Part shown: piece by piece, positions 18,592 through 26,997 of the stretch
Position numbering within the stretch: the first letter of the stretch is position 1
Layout: each line of letters opens with the position of its first letter
Assembly (NCBI GenBank): GCA_018654845.1
Contig: JABIKU010000025.1
Span: forward strand, 36,437-100,436
Reading direction: 5' to 3'
DNA from: Methanobacteriota archaeon
Lineage (GTDB): Archaea > Thermoplasmatota > Poseidoniia > Poseidoniales > Thalassarchaeaceae
DNA: 64,000 nt
Notes under the pieces: model-generated
The model's input: only the letters and a program-made list of their open reading frames with translations
The model's database searches: none
What the model was told of the DNA's origin: nothing
Program-made: the position numbers and the translations under genes

Positions 18592-20436
18592 TCAAAAATC
18601 AGGCAAATCTTCAGCCGGTTTCAACAAAACTACTCGCCCACCCGGTCCAATTCTCACCTGTTTCTGGCCGTTGAACTCACCGATTTCACCATTCAAAATC
18701 GCAATCATATCTCCACGTGAAAGACCGGCGGCGATAATTGGAATGAATTGCTTGAATGCAACGACTCCGGCCGAGCCGCTGGAATCAACCATCGTTATCG
18801 CCCAGCGAGACACACCTTTTCCATCAGGAAAAGCGTTAATAGACCAAATTCTACCAATTACATTGACTCGTGTTTCAACCTCAATCATAGCAGCTTCTTC
18901 ATCTTCGCCAGCGATACTAACAATCGCTTCACTATCTAATTCAATATTCAATTCACTACGCCAAATTGAAGCCAATGCATTTTCAATTTTCACGCGCGAA
19001 TCATTTTGAATCGCACGCGTGACTTCACTTGGCCCTCCATATCGATATGGCTTGACCTTCGCTCGCTCATAACCATCGACCAATCTGAATTCTAAATCGA
19101 TTGAGCCATCATCCGCGAGCGTCGGCCCACGCAATTCGCGAACTTCGCCAATTACTGTGTGACGAGTTTTGATTTCTCCCATAGGAGTTATCGGCCAGCC
19201 ATGGCCGAACTTTTCCAAACGAGTCTCGCTCGGCAATGCCATGTCATGCTCCACGTTCGGGCAAACTCCTCGTAAATCACAGCGATTGCACCGAGCCAGA
19301 GGATCTGAATCAACAGGAGGGTCAGAGGGTTTTCCACCCACATCGAAGTAGCGAAGCGGGGCAGGTTTTGTTGGACAATCGTCGATAGATGGGACCGAAG
19401 CATGCAACAAATCGTAGAGTTCTTTCAGTTCGATATCGTATGCTTCCATCTCAGCTATACTCGGTCGAGGAACATCCTTAATTGTGCTAGGTCCAAGATA
19501 CCATATTTCGAGTGACTCAACCTCATCAACTCGACCATGCGTCTCCCACCAAATCCAAGAATAAAGACGCAATTGCTCAAGATAAGTTCCTGAGCGATCA
19601 CCCTTTCCAACCGATGCTTTCAAGTCGATAATTCTTATTTTTCCAGTCCATCGATAGACCAAATCATACTCGCCTTGGAACCAAGCTTGTGGATGACAGG
19701 TCGTCTCAGAAAAACTCGCGCCATCCGGGTCAACGAACCACGGTCGCGCAACCTCCCATGCCTCTACCCAAGTCATCGCATCACCCGATGTTTCCGCTCC
19801 AGGATGCACCTCATCCCAATCTCGCGGAAATCCATCGGGAGCTGGAAATTCCTCACGACCTTTGCCGCTACGCCAATCTTCCAATCCCGGGCCACCACCT
19901 GCATTTAGGCAAGCCTCGACTTGGTCGAGGTGTAATTTCAGACCGGCAGCAATCATCGCTCGACCTTCAGCTGGGTCGATATCATCTGCCGAACCAATGC
20001 GATTCACACTTGATTTCCAATCCTGAATCGCCGATTCCCAGCAGCGATCGAAGTGGGCATTAGTTCGTGCCAGTGCCCACTCTTCAAAATCCACACGATT
20101 TTGTGGCCAAAATTCGCGCTGACGCGCAATCAAACCCGGACCGGCCCAACCTTCATCTGAATCCCAATCGACTGCTCCCTCAGAATTGAGAGGTGAAGGA
20201 AGTCGATTTCCAGCCGCCGCATCGATATAAACAGGGGATTCGCGAATAACGCGGGAAACACACTCTTCTACAGCATTTCCTCGCAAAATTTGAGGAGGAA
20301 GAGGACCCTTCAGTTTTGGAACATAAGTGTAGTACCAAAGGCGAGGACAGGTTTGCCAGGTGATGACTTGAGATGCTGAAAGGCGACGATATGGATTCAC
20401 CCCGAAGGAGGACGCATCGGTTCGGCGCACAGGCAT
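18592..20436 (-). CDS. Cas4/RecB-like PD-(D/E)XK nuclease with four-Cys cluster, fused to an OB-fold-like C-terminal region
   Basis: LSASQVITWQTCPRLWYY (N-terminal Cys). EYDLVYRWTGKIRIIDLKASVGK (D...D-x-K). YLEQLRLYSWIW (QxxxY). ARCNRCDLRGVCPN (CxxCx5C). The last ~220 aa are beta-rich, ending in VNVIGRIWSINAFPDGKG...GDMIAILNGEIGEFNGQKQVRIG. Confidence 0.7.
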   Translation of the reverse strand: MPVRRTDASSFGVNPYRRLSASQVITWQTCPRLWYYTYVPKLKGPLPPQILRGNAVEECVSRVIRESPVYIDAAAGNRLPSPLNSEGAVDWDSDEGWAGPGLIARQREFWPQNRVDFEEWALARTNAHFDRCWESAIQDWKSSVNRIGSADDIDPAEGRAMIAAGLKLHLDQVEACLNAGGGPGLEDWRSGKGREEFPAPDGFPRDWDEVHPGAETSGDAMTWVEAWEVARPWFVDPDGASFSETTCHPQAWFQGEYDLVYRWTGKIRIIDLKASVGKGDRSGTYLEQLRLYSWIWWETHGRVDEVESLEIWYLGPSTIKDVPRPSIAEMEAYDIELKELYDLLHASVPSIDDCPTKPAPLRYFDVGGKPSDPPVDSDPLARCNRCDLRGVCPNVEHDMALPSETRLEKFGHGWPITPMGEIKTRHTVIGEVRELRGPTLADDGSIDLEFRLVDGYERAKVKPYRYGGPSEVTRAIQNDSRVKIENALASIWRSELNIELDSEAIVSIAGEDEEAAMIEVETRVNVIGRIWSINAFPDGKGVSRWAITMVDSSGSAGVVAFKQFIPIIAAGLSRGDMIAILNGEIGEFNGQKQVRIGPGGRVVLLKPAEDLPDF

Positions 20437-20500
20437 GTCAGAGGACTAATGTTCAGGGTTGATTAACTCGACGGAAAGGCTACGGATATATTCATTCAGA

Positions 20501-21658
20501 CTAATTTTCGCCGCTGGCGACGTTGAGGTAGACGACAGTCATCTCCATTCGCTCGTGTGTAGGGTGGACCTCGACTAAAGCGATAGGTGCATCGATTACT
20601 TCAGACAATTCCTCAGCCATCACCAGAGGCAACTCGATGCGGCCATTGTCTTCGTCCCAGAACATGAAGCGACGAGGTAGACTTGTTTGTTCGTGAATCT
20701 CATCCAACCAGCCTTCGGCATCTTCAGGAAGACAATCGATGGCCCCGAACACCAGTGTGCCATCCTCAGTGAGTATCTCATGAGGCGAGATAGTATTTTC
20801 GCCACGTCGCAAAAACCTCCTTCGCAATTGCCCACTGTCCTTGTACGTGGCAGTACAGAATTTCAGATGGTAAGGATACCTTTCTCGAACCTTGCCGTCC
20901 TCGGCGTCAGGTGCACCGATTGCTGCAGCCATAACACGGTCGCGCATACGAATAGATAACTCAGAGGAACCAGCAGCCCCAGCAGTGATTTCAGTCGACA
21001 AATTGAATCCACGAACCTCCATATTGTCGTGATTGCCAACAGTAATCTCCAACTCATTCAAATTAAGGAACTGTACAGCCATCCCACGCATCGTTTCAAG
21101 TAATTCCATCAGCTCATCAGCCTTGTCAGGCTCAACCGGAATCTCAACACCGGTTAACATCCCTGATTCGACGCACGCAGCCATTGTTTCGCGGTATTTC
21201 TCAGCCTTAAGGTCCAAAAAATGGAAGCGAATCTCATCTAAGCCCGCCTCTGCAAACTCTACAGCCCATTCAGTCTTGAACGGAATACTCGTGTACATGT
21301 GAAGATGGAAGTCATTTCCAAACTCCGCTTTGAGCACCCGACAAGCCTCCAGAACCCTTTCTCGAACCATAACTGGATCACCTCCAGTAATTCCAGCACC
21401 GGTTGCGTTCATGGCTCGCCCCTCTTCGATAACAGCCCCCCAATCGCCAATTTCTATACGGCGTTCGTTTGCATACATGAAGTCAATTTCACGACGATTT
21501 TCGGAGAGTGGACAATAGTCGCACATCCAGTGGCAGTGGCCGGTGATGAAGAGTACCAACTTGCTGCCCATCTGGCATTGAATGCAGCCCTCAGTATCAC
21601 TCGCATCAGCAGCCTCGGCTAACTCAGGAATGTTAGGTAAACGCACTTGAAAAGTCAT
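20501..21658 (-). CDS. Radical SAM protein (COG2108-like, PFL-activase-related)
   Basis: GHCHWMCDYCP (CxxxCxxC). GITGGDP (SAM-binding GGE/DP-like). The ATG at 21658 forms an ATGA overlap with the pdxT stop; the track ORF extends to 21691. Confidence 0.75.
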   Translation of the reverse strand: MTFQVRLPNIPELAEAADASDTEGCIQCQMGSKLVLFITGHCHWMCDYCPLSENRREIDFMYANERRIEIGDWGAVIEEGRAMNATGAGITGGDPVMVRERVLEACRVLKAEFGNDFHLHMYTSIPFKTEWAVEFAEAGLDEIRFHFLDLKAEKYRETMAACVESGMLTGVEIPVEPDKADELMELLETMRGMAVQFLNLNELEITVGNHDNMEVRGFNLSTEITAGAAGSSELSIRMRDRVMAAAIGAPDAEDGKVRERYPYHLKFCTATYKDSGQLRRRFLRRGENTISPHEILTEDGTLVFGAIDCLPEDAEGWLDEIHEQTSLPRRFMFWDEDNGRIELPLVMAEELSEVIDAPIALVEVHPTHERMEMTVVYLNVASGEN

Positions 21659-22257
21659 GCAGCCACCTCTTTTGCAGTCGCTATTAACCATTGATGGAAG
21701 CCATGGTCATCCGACAATTCTGGATGGAAAGTCAGAGCCAATTTATTGCCACAACGCACCCCAACAACCTCTTCGCCAAGCATTGCTACTACCTCGGATG
21801 CTTCACCCACATTTGTGAATCGCGGCGCGCGAATGAAGACACCTGGGAAGTCGCGGTCAAGCAGGCTTGAGTCGAGTGTGCTCTGGAAGGAATCGGCCTG
21901 GCGACCGAAGGCGTTTCGGTCGATTTTGGCATCGATTAATGGTTGGCCGCCGTCTTGTGGATTACACAACAGGATGGCACCCGCACAGGTTCCAAGAACT
22001 GGGCGACTGGGGTCGGAGCGAATCCAATCGAAAATTTCTGGCAAGAGTCCGGATGCGGTGTCGTTACCAGTCAGTCGCATCGTCGTAGATTCGCCTCCAG
22101 GAAAAACCAATGCATCAGGCTTGGACTGTGAAAGATCTACTGCCTTACGCAACTCGTGGATTTCGATATTGATACCTAACGAATCGGCAGCTGCATTTAG
22201 AGCCGCCATGTGGACATGGCGCGCGCCTTGCAACATGACTAATCCAATGCGAATCAC
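21655..22257 (-). CDS. pdxT: Pyridoxal 5'-phosphate synthase glutaminase subunit
   Basis: (V)IRIGLVMLQGARHVH...LVFPGGESTTM...GTCAGAILL...IDRNAFGRQ...GVFIRAP...LTFHPELS. The GTG at 22257 gives the canonical N-terminus. ATG 22296 and the track start 22428 would overlap the serC promoter or gene. Confidence 0.85.
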   Translation of the reverse strand: MIRIGLVMLQGARHVHMAALNAAADSLGINIEIHELRKAVDLSQSKPDALVFPGGESTTMRLTGNDTASGLLPEIFDWIRSDPSRPVLGTCAGAILLCNPQDGGQPLIDAKIDRNAFGRQADSFQSTLDSSLLDRDFPGVFIRAPRFTNVGEASEVVAMLGEEVVGVRCGNKLALTFHPELSDDHGFHQWLIATAKEVAA

Positions 22258-22340
22258 AACCCTCCGGCTATAGCATCCGGCTTCAATCCAACCCATGTTC
22301 AGCAGAAGTGCTGAAAGACCCCAGCACACGCCCATAAGGC

Positions 22341-23444
22341 GTGAGCCACTCTCGCATCCATAACTTCGGCGCAGGCCCAGCAGTTCTACCACTCTCAGTC
22401 GTCGAAGAAGTTCAAGCAGCATTACCAAACCTGCACGAAAGTGGCTTCGGACTGTGTGAAATCAGTCACCGAAGCCCCACCTTCCAAGCGGTTGTCGACA
22501 GCGCCATGGCACGCATCAGAAGGGTGCTATCGGTACCAGATGATTACACGATTCTATTTCTTCAAGGCGGCGCTTCACTACAATTCTACATGAGCGCTCT
22601 AAACCTGTTATCCCCAGGGGAGACAGCGGATTTCCTCGTCACGGGAGGTTGGTCACAAAAGGCATTGAAAGAGGCGAAGCGTATTGGTGGATCAGAGGCA
22701 CAATGGGACGATTCAGGGGGTGGGTTCCGGTCTGTTCCAAAGGACGGAGATTATACCATTCGCAAGAACGCAACCTACATGCATTACACATCGAATAATA
22801 CACTGATGGGCACTCAATTCCACCATCTTCCCGACTCTGGGGGCAAACCACGGGTACTCGATGCATCCTCTGATATCGCAGGAGTCACACTCGATGTTTC
22901 TGCACACGATTTGATTTATGCAGGGGCTCAGAAGAACCTTGGACCCTCGGGCGTTACTCTGGTGATTCTCTCACCTTGGGCTCTTGCTCGGGCACAGGCA
23001 AACTCTGATTTGGGCGAAATTCCTACTATGCTCGATTACTCAGTTCATACTTCGAAGGGTTCGTTGTTCAACACCCCAAACACCTTCGGAATATTCGTTC
23101 TCGATTGCGTCTTCAAATGGCTTGAAGAGAACGGCGGGCTCGAGGGTTCAATCGCACGCAATCGAGCAAAATCCGATCTTTTGTATAGCGAGCTCGACCG
23201 GACAAATTTCTGGGTTCCACACGCAAATAATGATGCACGCTCAGTGATGAATGTGACTTGGCGATGTGCGGATGAAGCAATGGAATCTGTATTCCTAACC
23301 GAATCGGCAACTGCAGGCCTTGGTGGTCTGAAAGGTCATCGCTCGGTAGGTGGGATTAGGGCTAGCATGTACAATGGCTGTCCTATCGAATCTGTAGAGG
23401 CATTGGTTGAATTCATGCAGGGCTTCGAAGCGCGGCATTCCTGA
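22341..23444 (+). CDS. serC: Phosphoserine aminotransferase
   Basis: IHNFGAGPAVLPLSVVEEV at the N-terminus. Class V aminotransferase length. GTG start. Confidence 0.85.
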   Translation: MSHSRIHNFGAGPAVLPLSVVEEVQAALPNLHESGFGLCEISHRSPTFQAVVDSAMARIRRVLSVPDDYTILFLQGGASLQFYMSALNLLSPGETADFLVTGGWSQKALKEAKRIGGSEAQWDDSGGGFRSVPKDGDYTIRKNATYMHYTSNNTLMGTQFHHLPDSGGKPRVLDASSDIAGVTLDVSAHDLIYAGAQKNLGPSGVTLVILSPWALARAQANSDLGEIPTMLDYSVHTSKGSLFNTPNTFGIFVLDCVFKWLEENGGLEGSIARNRAKSDLLYSELDRTNFWVPHANNDARSVMNVTWRCADEAMESVFLTESATAGLGGLKGHRSVGGIRASMYNGCPIESVEALVEFMQGFEARHS

Positions 23445-23453
23445 GGTGTCTGC

Positions 23454-24167
23454 TTGAACGAGCGTGCTGTAATCGATTGCCTCGATTATACTCTGCTCGA
23501 TCACGAGGCGAGTGAGGCTGAATTAGCTGAATTCGTGGCTCGGGCGAATTCAGCCCGCGTCGGCGCAGTATGCGTCTTCGCCAAGCATGCCGAGCAAGTC
23601 AAACCATTGCTCGATTCTGGAATAATTCTCTCAGTAGTAGTAGGAGGATTTCCAGTGGGTTCACAAAATCTGGATGAAATCGGCAGAGATATCCGTGCTG
23701 CTGTGGGTAATCACGCGGATGAGATTGATGTTGTTCTTGAGCCGAGGCATGCAGAAGATTTTCCAAATGAAATTGAACTTGCTAAACTCACAACCATGCG
23801 AGAGGCAGCAGGCAAAGCCATGCTGAAGGTTATTATCGAAACTCCATTATTAGACGAGCGAAATATGCGTGCAGCCGCACGAATGACACTTGCAGCCGGT
23901 GCTGATTTTATCAAAACCTGCACCGGTAAGCGAGGTCCTTGTAGTGACGAAGCGGCTGAAATTTTTGCTTACGAAATTATGCGCCACGAATTGACTTTCA
24001 AAGAAAAGCGCGGAATGAAACTATCTGGTGGAATCAGAACGAGCGGCGATGTAGTTCGACTAACGAATCTCGTCAACGCACAAGATCCCTCAATTATCAG
24101 CGCAGGAAACTCCCGCTTCCGAATTGGAGCAAGTTCAGTTCTAGATAATCTTCTTAATCCGAAATAA
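23454..24167 (+). CDS. deoC: Deoxyribose-phosphate aldolase
   Basis: IDCLDYTLLDHEAS...AVCVF...IDVVLEP...LKVIIETPLL...GADFIKTCTGK (Schiff-base Lys)...KLSGGIRT. TTG start. Confidence 0.82.
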   Translation: MNERAVIDCLDYTLLDHEASEAELAEFVARANSARVGAVCVFAKHAEQVKPLLDSGIILSVVVGGFPVGSQNLDEIGRDIRAAVGNHADEIDVVLEPRHAEDFPNEIELAKLTTMREAAGKAMLKVIIETPLLDERNMRAAARMTLAAGADFIKTCTGKRGPCSDEAAEIFAYEIMRHELTFKEKRGMKLSGGIRTSGDVVRLTNLVNAQDPSIISAGNSRFRIGASSVLDNLLNPK

Positions 24168-24978
24168 AAATTACTGGGAATAGTGGATGATCCATCTTTA
24201 CTCCAACTGCGAGTTCATCCCTCAATCCTTCAAATTCAGGGGAAGTTCGCCACTCACGAGGTGCGTGTCGAATATCCTCTCCCATTACTCTGACAGAAAA
24301 TGCACGGCGCCGATTAGTCGAACCTCGTGCACCGTGTAGAGTCAACATGTGGAAGGCGACTGCATCTCCGGGTTTCAATTCCCAACTGAGTATTTCATGC
24401 AAACCCGGCTCGCCATCAATATCAGGAACCTCTGCAAAACTACCCTCTGGAAACCACTTTGCCGACTCGGTCAAGAAGGTCTTGGGCATGTACCATGTGC
24501 CATCGTTTGAGCCAGCCACAAATTCGAGTGTCGCGTCATTAGATACCGGGTCAACAGGAATCCAAAAACTGATATTTTGCATACCTTCAATATTGTAATA
24601 GGGAAGATCCTGATGCCACGGAGTAGGCTGTTTTGTTGCCGGTTCTTTAACAAGCATATGGTCATGAAAGAGTCGGACTTCTTCACTGCCCATCAGACTT
24701 GCTGCGATACTTCCAATGTCTGAATCAAAGATTATTTTCCTATACGCAGGAATACGCTGCCAATTACAAAAATCTTCGAAAAAACGGCCAGGATCTGTGT
24801 TATGACTGGCAGTCTGGCCAAGGTGGCTAGGATTATCGATATTCCAATCGATTGCTTCAGCTAATTCCTCGACCTGATTGGCATCCAAAAGATTGCGAAT
24901 CACAACTACACCATTTCGTTGAAAGAAATTGATATCATCAAGACTCACTCCGACCATAAATAACCGAAATAAAGGCAA
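24154..24978 (-). CDS. Phytanoyl-CoA dioxygenase (PhyH) family Fe(II)/2-oxoglutarate oxygenase
   Basis: FFQRNGVVVIRNLL. WHQDLPYY (HxD). FHMLTLHGARG (distal His). Converges on the deoC 3' end with a 14-nt overlap. Confidence 0.72.
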   Translation of the reverse strand: MPLFRLFMVGVSLDDINFFQRNGVVVIRNLLDANQVEELAEAIDWNIDNPSHLGQTASHNTDPGRFFEDFCNWQRIPAYRKIIFDSDIGSIAASLMGSEEVRLFHDHMLVKEPATKQPTPWHQDLPYYNIEGMQNISFWIPVDPVSNDATLEFVAGSNDGTWYMPKTFLTESAKWFPEGSFAEVPDIDGEPGLHEILSWELKPGDAVAFHMLTLHGARGSTNRRRAFSVRVMGEDIRHAPREWRTSPEFEGLRDELAVGVKMDHPLFPVIFISD

Positions 24979-25054
24979 TAATTTAGTCTTTACATATCAA
25001 ATTTACAAAATCGATTAAGCCCTTCTTCCCGCCGAATAGAAAAAGCAGGCATGG

Positions 25055-26515
25055 TTGGCAAGCATCATGGTAGCCGGTTTGGATTTCGATATCCTGAAAC
25101 AAAAACCGACATGGCAGGCCTTCGGTGTAGCAATTGTTCTGTTCAGTATCATTGGTTATTCATCCCTAACTCTCTTTGGCTTATCGGCCGCAACATACGG
25201 CACAACTGATGAAATTGAACCCGTTGCAGATTTTGAAGTTCTTACAATGCAGCGGGACGGAATCGATGATACGATTCCACTTCGTGATGGATATATTCGA
25301 TTGAGTGATTTACAAGGCAGCGTCGTCGTTCTCGACTTTATGGCAGTAGATTGTTCAAATTGCCATTATGTTCAGGAGCATATCGACCAAAATTTAGATG
25401 ATTGGAAATCCTTAGATGGAGATTATCCAATTGTAGCGATTTCCATCGCATCTTGGTATAGCTACGAATCATTTGAACAAATTAATTCTACATTTGGCGA
25501 TCAGTCATCTAATCGCCACATGCCTTGGCCTGTTGCCAATGGTGCTAGTGATTCTATTCTTCTCGAAGATGGTGCTCGAGGAGATCTGATTGAGTATTAT
25601 TCCGCCCAAGCGCTTCCGCTTGCTCTAGTTATCGACCACGAAGGTTTCGTGGTCGCCAAAGAAAACACTGGAACACCATTGGATGGTTGGAATGAATTCG
25701 ACAATGCAATAGAGAAGGCGAGCGAGGGTAAGGCACAATCATTGCGTATTGGGATTGAGAAAGCAGACCGCTCAATACAAGGCGTATTCATTATTGGTTT
25801 ATTCCTCGGAATCTTGGTTTATTTCTCACCTTGTGCATTCCCAGTATTACCTTCATACATCACCTATTATCTCAGCCTTGGCATGCGCGAAGATGAATTA
25901 CGCGAAGCTGGAAAATTAAGCGGTAAAATGCCTGGCTCAATTGAGGTCGGTGGTTTCGCCGCCCTCGGCCAATTGACTTTCTTCGGTGTTGTTGGGTTCA
26001 TCATATTCGGATTGTCTGAAATCATTAATCTGTCAGGGATTCTGCACTCAGTTGCAATCGCAATCGCTTGGCTGCTCGTCATTTTAGGAGGATTAATGCT
26101 ACTCGGTTGGACTAGCCACCTACTCGTAGGCGTTCAAAAAATTCTCGATATATATCAAACGAAAGAAACAGACGAAACTTTCACCCCTCGCCGCAATATG
26201 TATCTCTGGGGGATTGGTTATTCCGCGGCATCGGTGGATTGCACAGCCGCGGCAGTATTCCCATTCATTGCCTGGCTGGCTGTTATTGGAAACATCGCTT
26301 TCATCGCCGGCCTTTCTGGGCTAATCCTTTCTGTCACCTTCCTGATGATTCTCGTCACAGCTCTGGTCGGTGCTGGCCGGCAAGCAATGATCGGTTTCCT
26401 TCGCCGATCGACTGGAATTGTAAAGGCGACCGGAGCCTGGATGATGATGTTCGCTGGTATCGGGCTGCTCGTCTATCTGACACAGCCCGAAACAATCGCT
26501 TCATTAATCGGTTAA
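25055..26515 (+). CDS. Fusion of a thioredoxin-like (TlpA/redoxin) domain and a CcdA/DsbD-type thiol-disulfide transporter
   Basis: N-terminal TM helix. VVVLDFMAVDCSNCHYV (CxxC). Then a membrane domain with FSPCAFPVLPSYITYY and SVDCTAAAVFPF, the two conserved CcdA cysteines. Confidence 0.75.
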   Translation: MASIMVAGLDFDILKQKPTWQAFGVAIVLFSIIGYSSLTLFGLSAATYGTTDEIEPVADFEVLTMQRDGIDDTIPLRDGYIRLSDLQGSVVVLDFMAVDCSNCHYVQEHIDQNLDDWKSLDGDYPIVAISIASWYSYESFEQINSTFGDQSSNRHMPWPVANGASDSILLEDGARGDLIEYYSAQALPLALVIDHEGFVVAKENTGTPLDGWNEFDNAIEKASEGKAQSLRIGIEKADRSIQGVFIIGLFLGILVYFSPCAFPVLPSYITYYLSLGMREDELREAGKLSGKMPGSIEVGGFAALGQLTFFGVVGFIIFGLSEIINLSGILHSVAIAIAWLLVILGGLMLLGWTSHLLVGVQKILDIYQTKETDETFTPRRNMYLWGIGYSAASVDCTAAAVFPFIAWLAVIGNIAFIAGLSGLILSVTFLMILVTALVGAGRQAMIGFLRRSTGIVKATGAWMMMFAGIGLLVYLTQPETIASLIG

Positions 26516-26606
26516 TCGACTAAACTCAATTAGATTTAACTTTGAAGAAAGGCTCCGCTAAAGGAGAAATCAAAGCTATGGAAATCCGCTAGCACTGGAT
26601 GAATAT

Positions 26607-26798
26607 TCATTCAGCTTTCTTCACGTTAATCGCGTTAGGTCCTTTCGGGCCCTCGCCAACTTCGAACTCAACGGAGTCGCCTTCTTCAATGCGTCCCTCC
26701 ACCTGAGTTTTGTGAACGAATAAATCGTCTCCATCTTCTTGCTCGATAAATCCGAATCCCTTCACGAAATTGAACCACTTGACTGTTCCTTGTGCCAT
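26607..26798 (-). CDS. cspA: Cold-shock protein (CspA family)
   Basis: [35 protein letters not shown] contains RNP1-like KGFGFI and RNP2-like LFVH. ATG at 26798. Confidence 0.9.
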   Translation of the reverse strand: MAQGTVKWFNFVKGFGFIEQEDGDDLFVHKTQVEGRIEEGDSVEFEVGEGPKGPNAINVKKAE

Positions 26799-26997
26799 GA
26801 GCCGAGTCGCAACGCGCATACTATTTGATATCGTGCATTTACTGATGAGGAATAACAGACTTTCTATAGTACTTCATTTGAAGCCAAAATAATATATAAT
26901 AGTGGGAAATTAGCCCAAAAACCTCACAATATTCGACTTAGGTAGTAAAATCTGGTTTGTTAAACAACCAAATACTGATTGTCGGTCGCTCAACACG
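26799..26997. promoter_or_regulatory. Long AT-rich divergent intergenic region between csp and the PiT transporter gene
   Basis: About 200 nt, visibly AT-rich, with aaaataatatataatag centred near 26891-26900. Function as promoter and/or 5' UTR is inferred from position only. Confidence 0.3.

Noticed and set aside
18242-22428. Possible integrated element or defence island anchored at tRNA-Ser, since the tRNA is followed by a nuclease and a radical SAM gene
   Set aside because: I saw no integrase, transposase or direct repeat of the tRNA 3' end in the window. The block runs straight into housekeeping pdxT and serC. It is treated as chromosomal.
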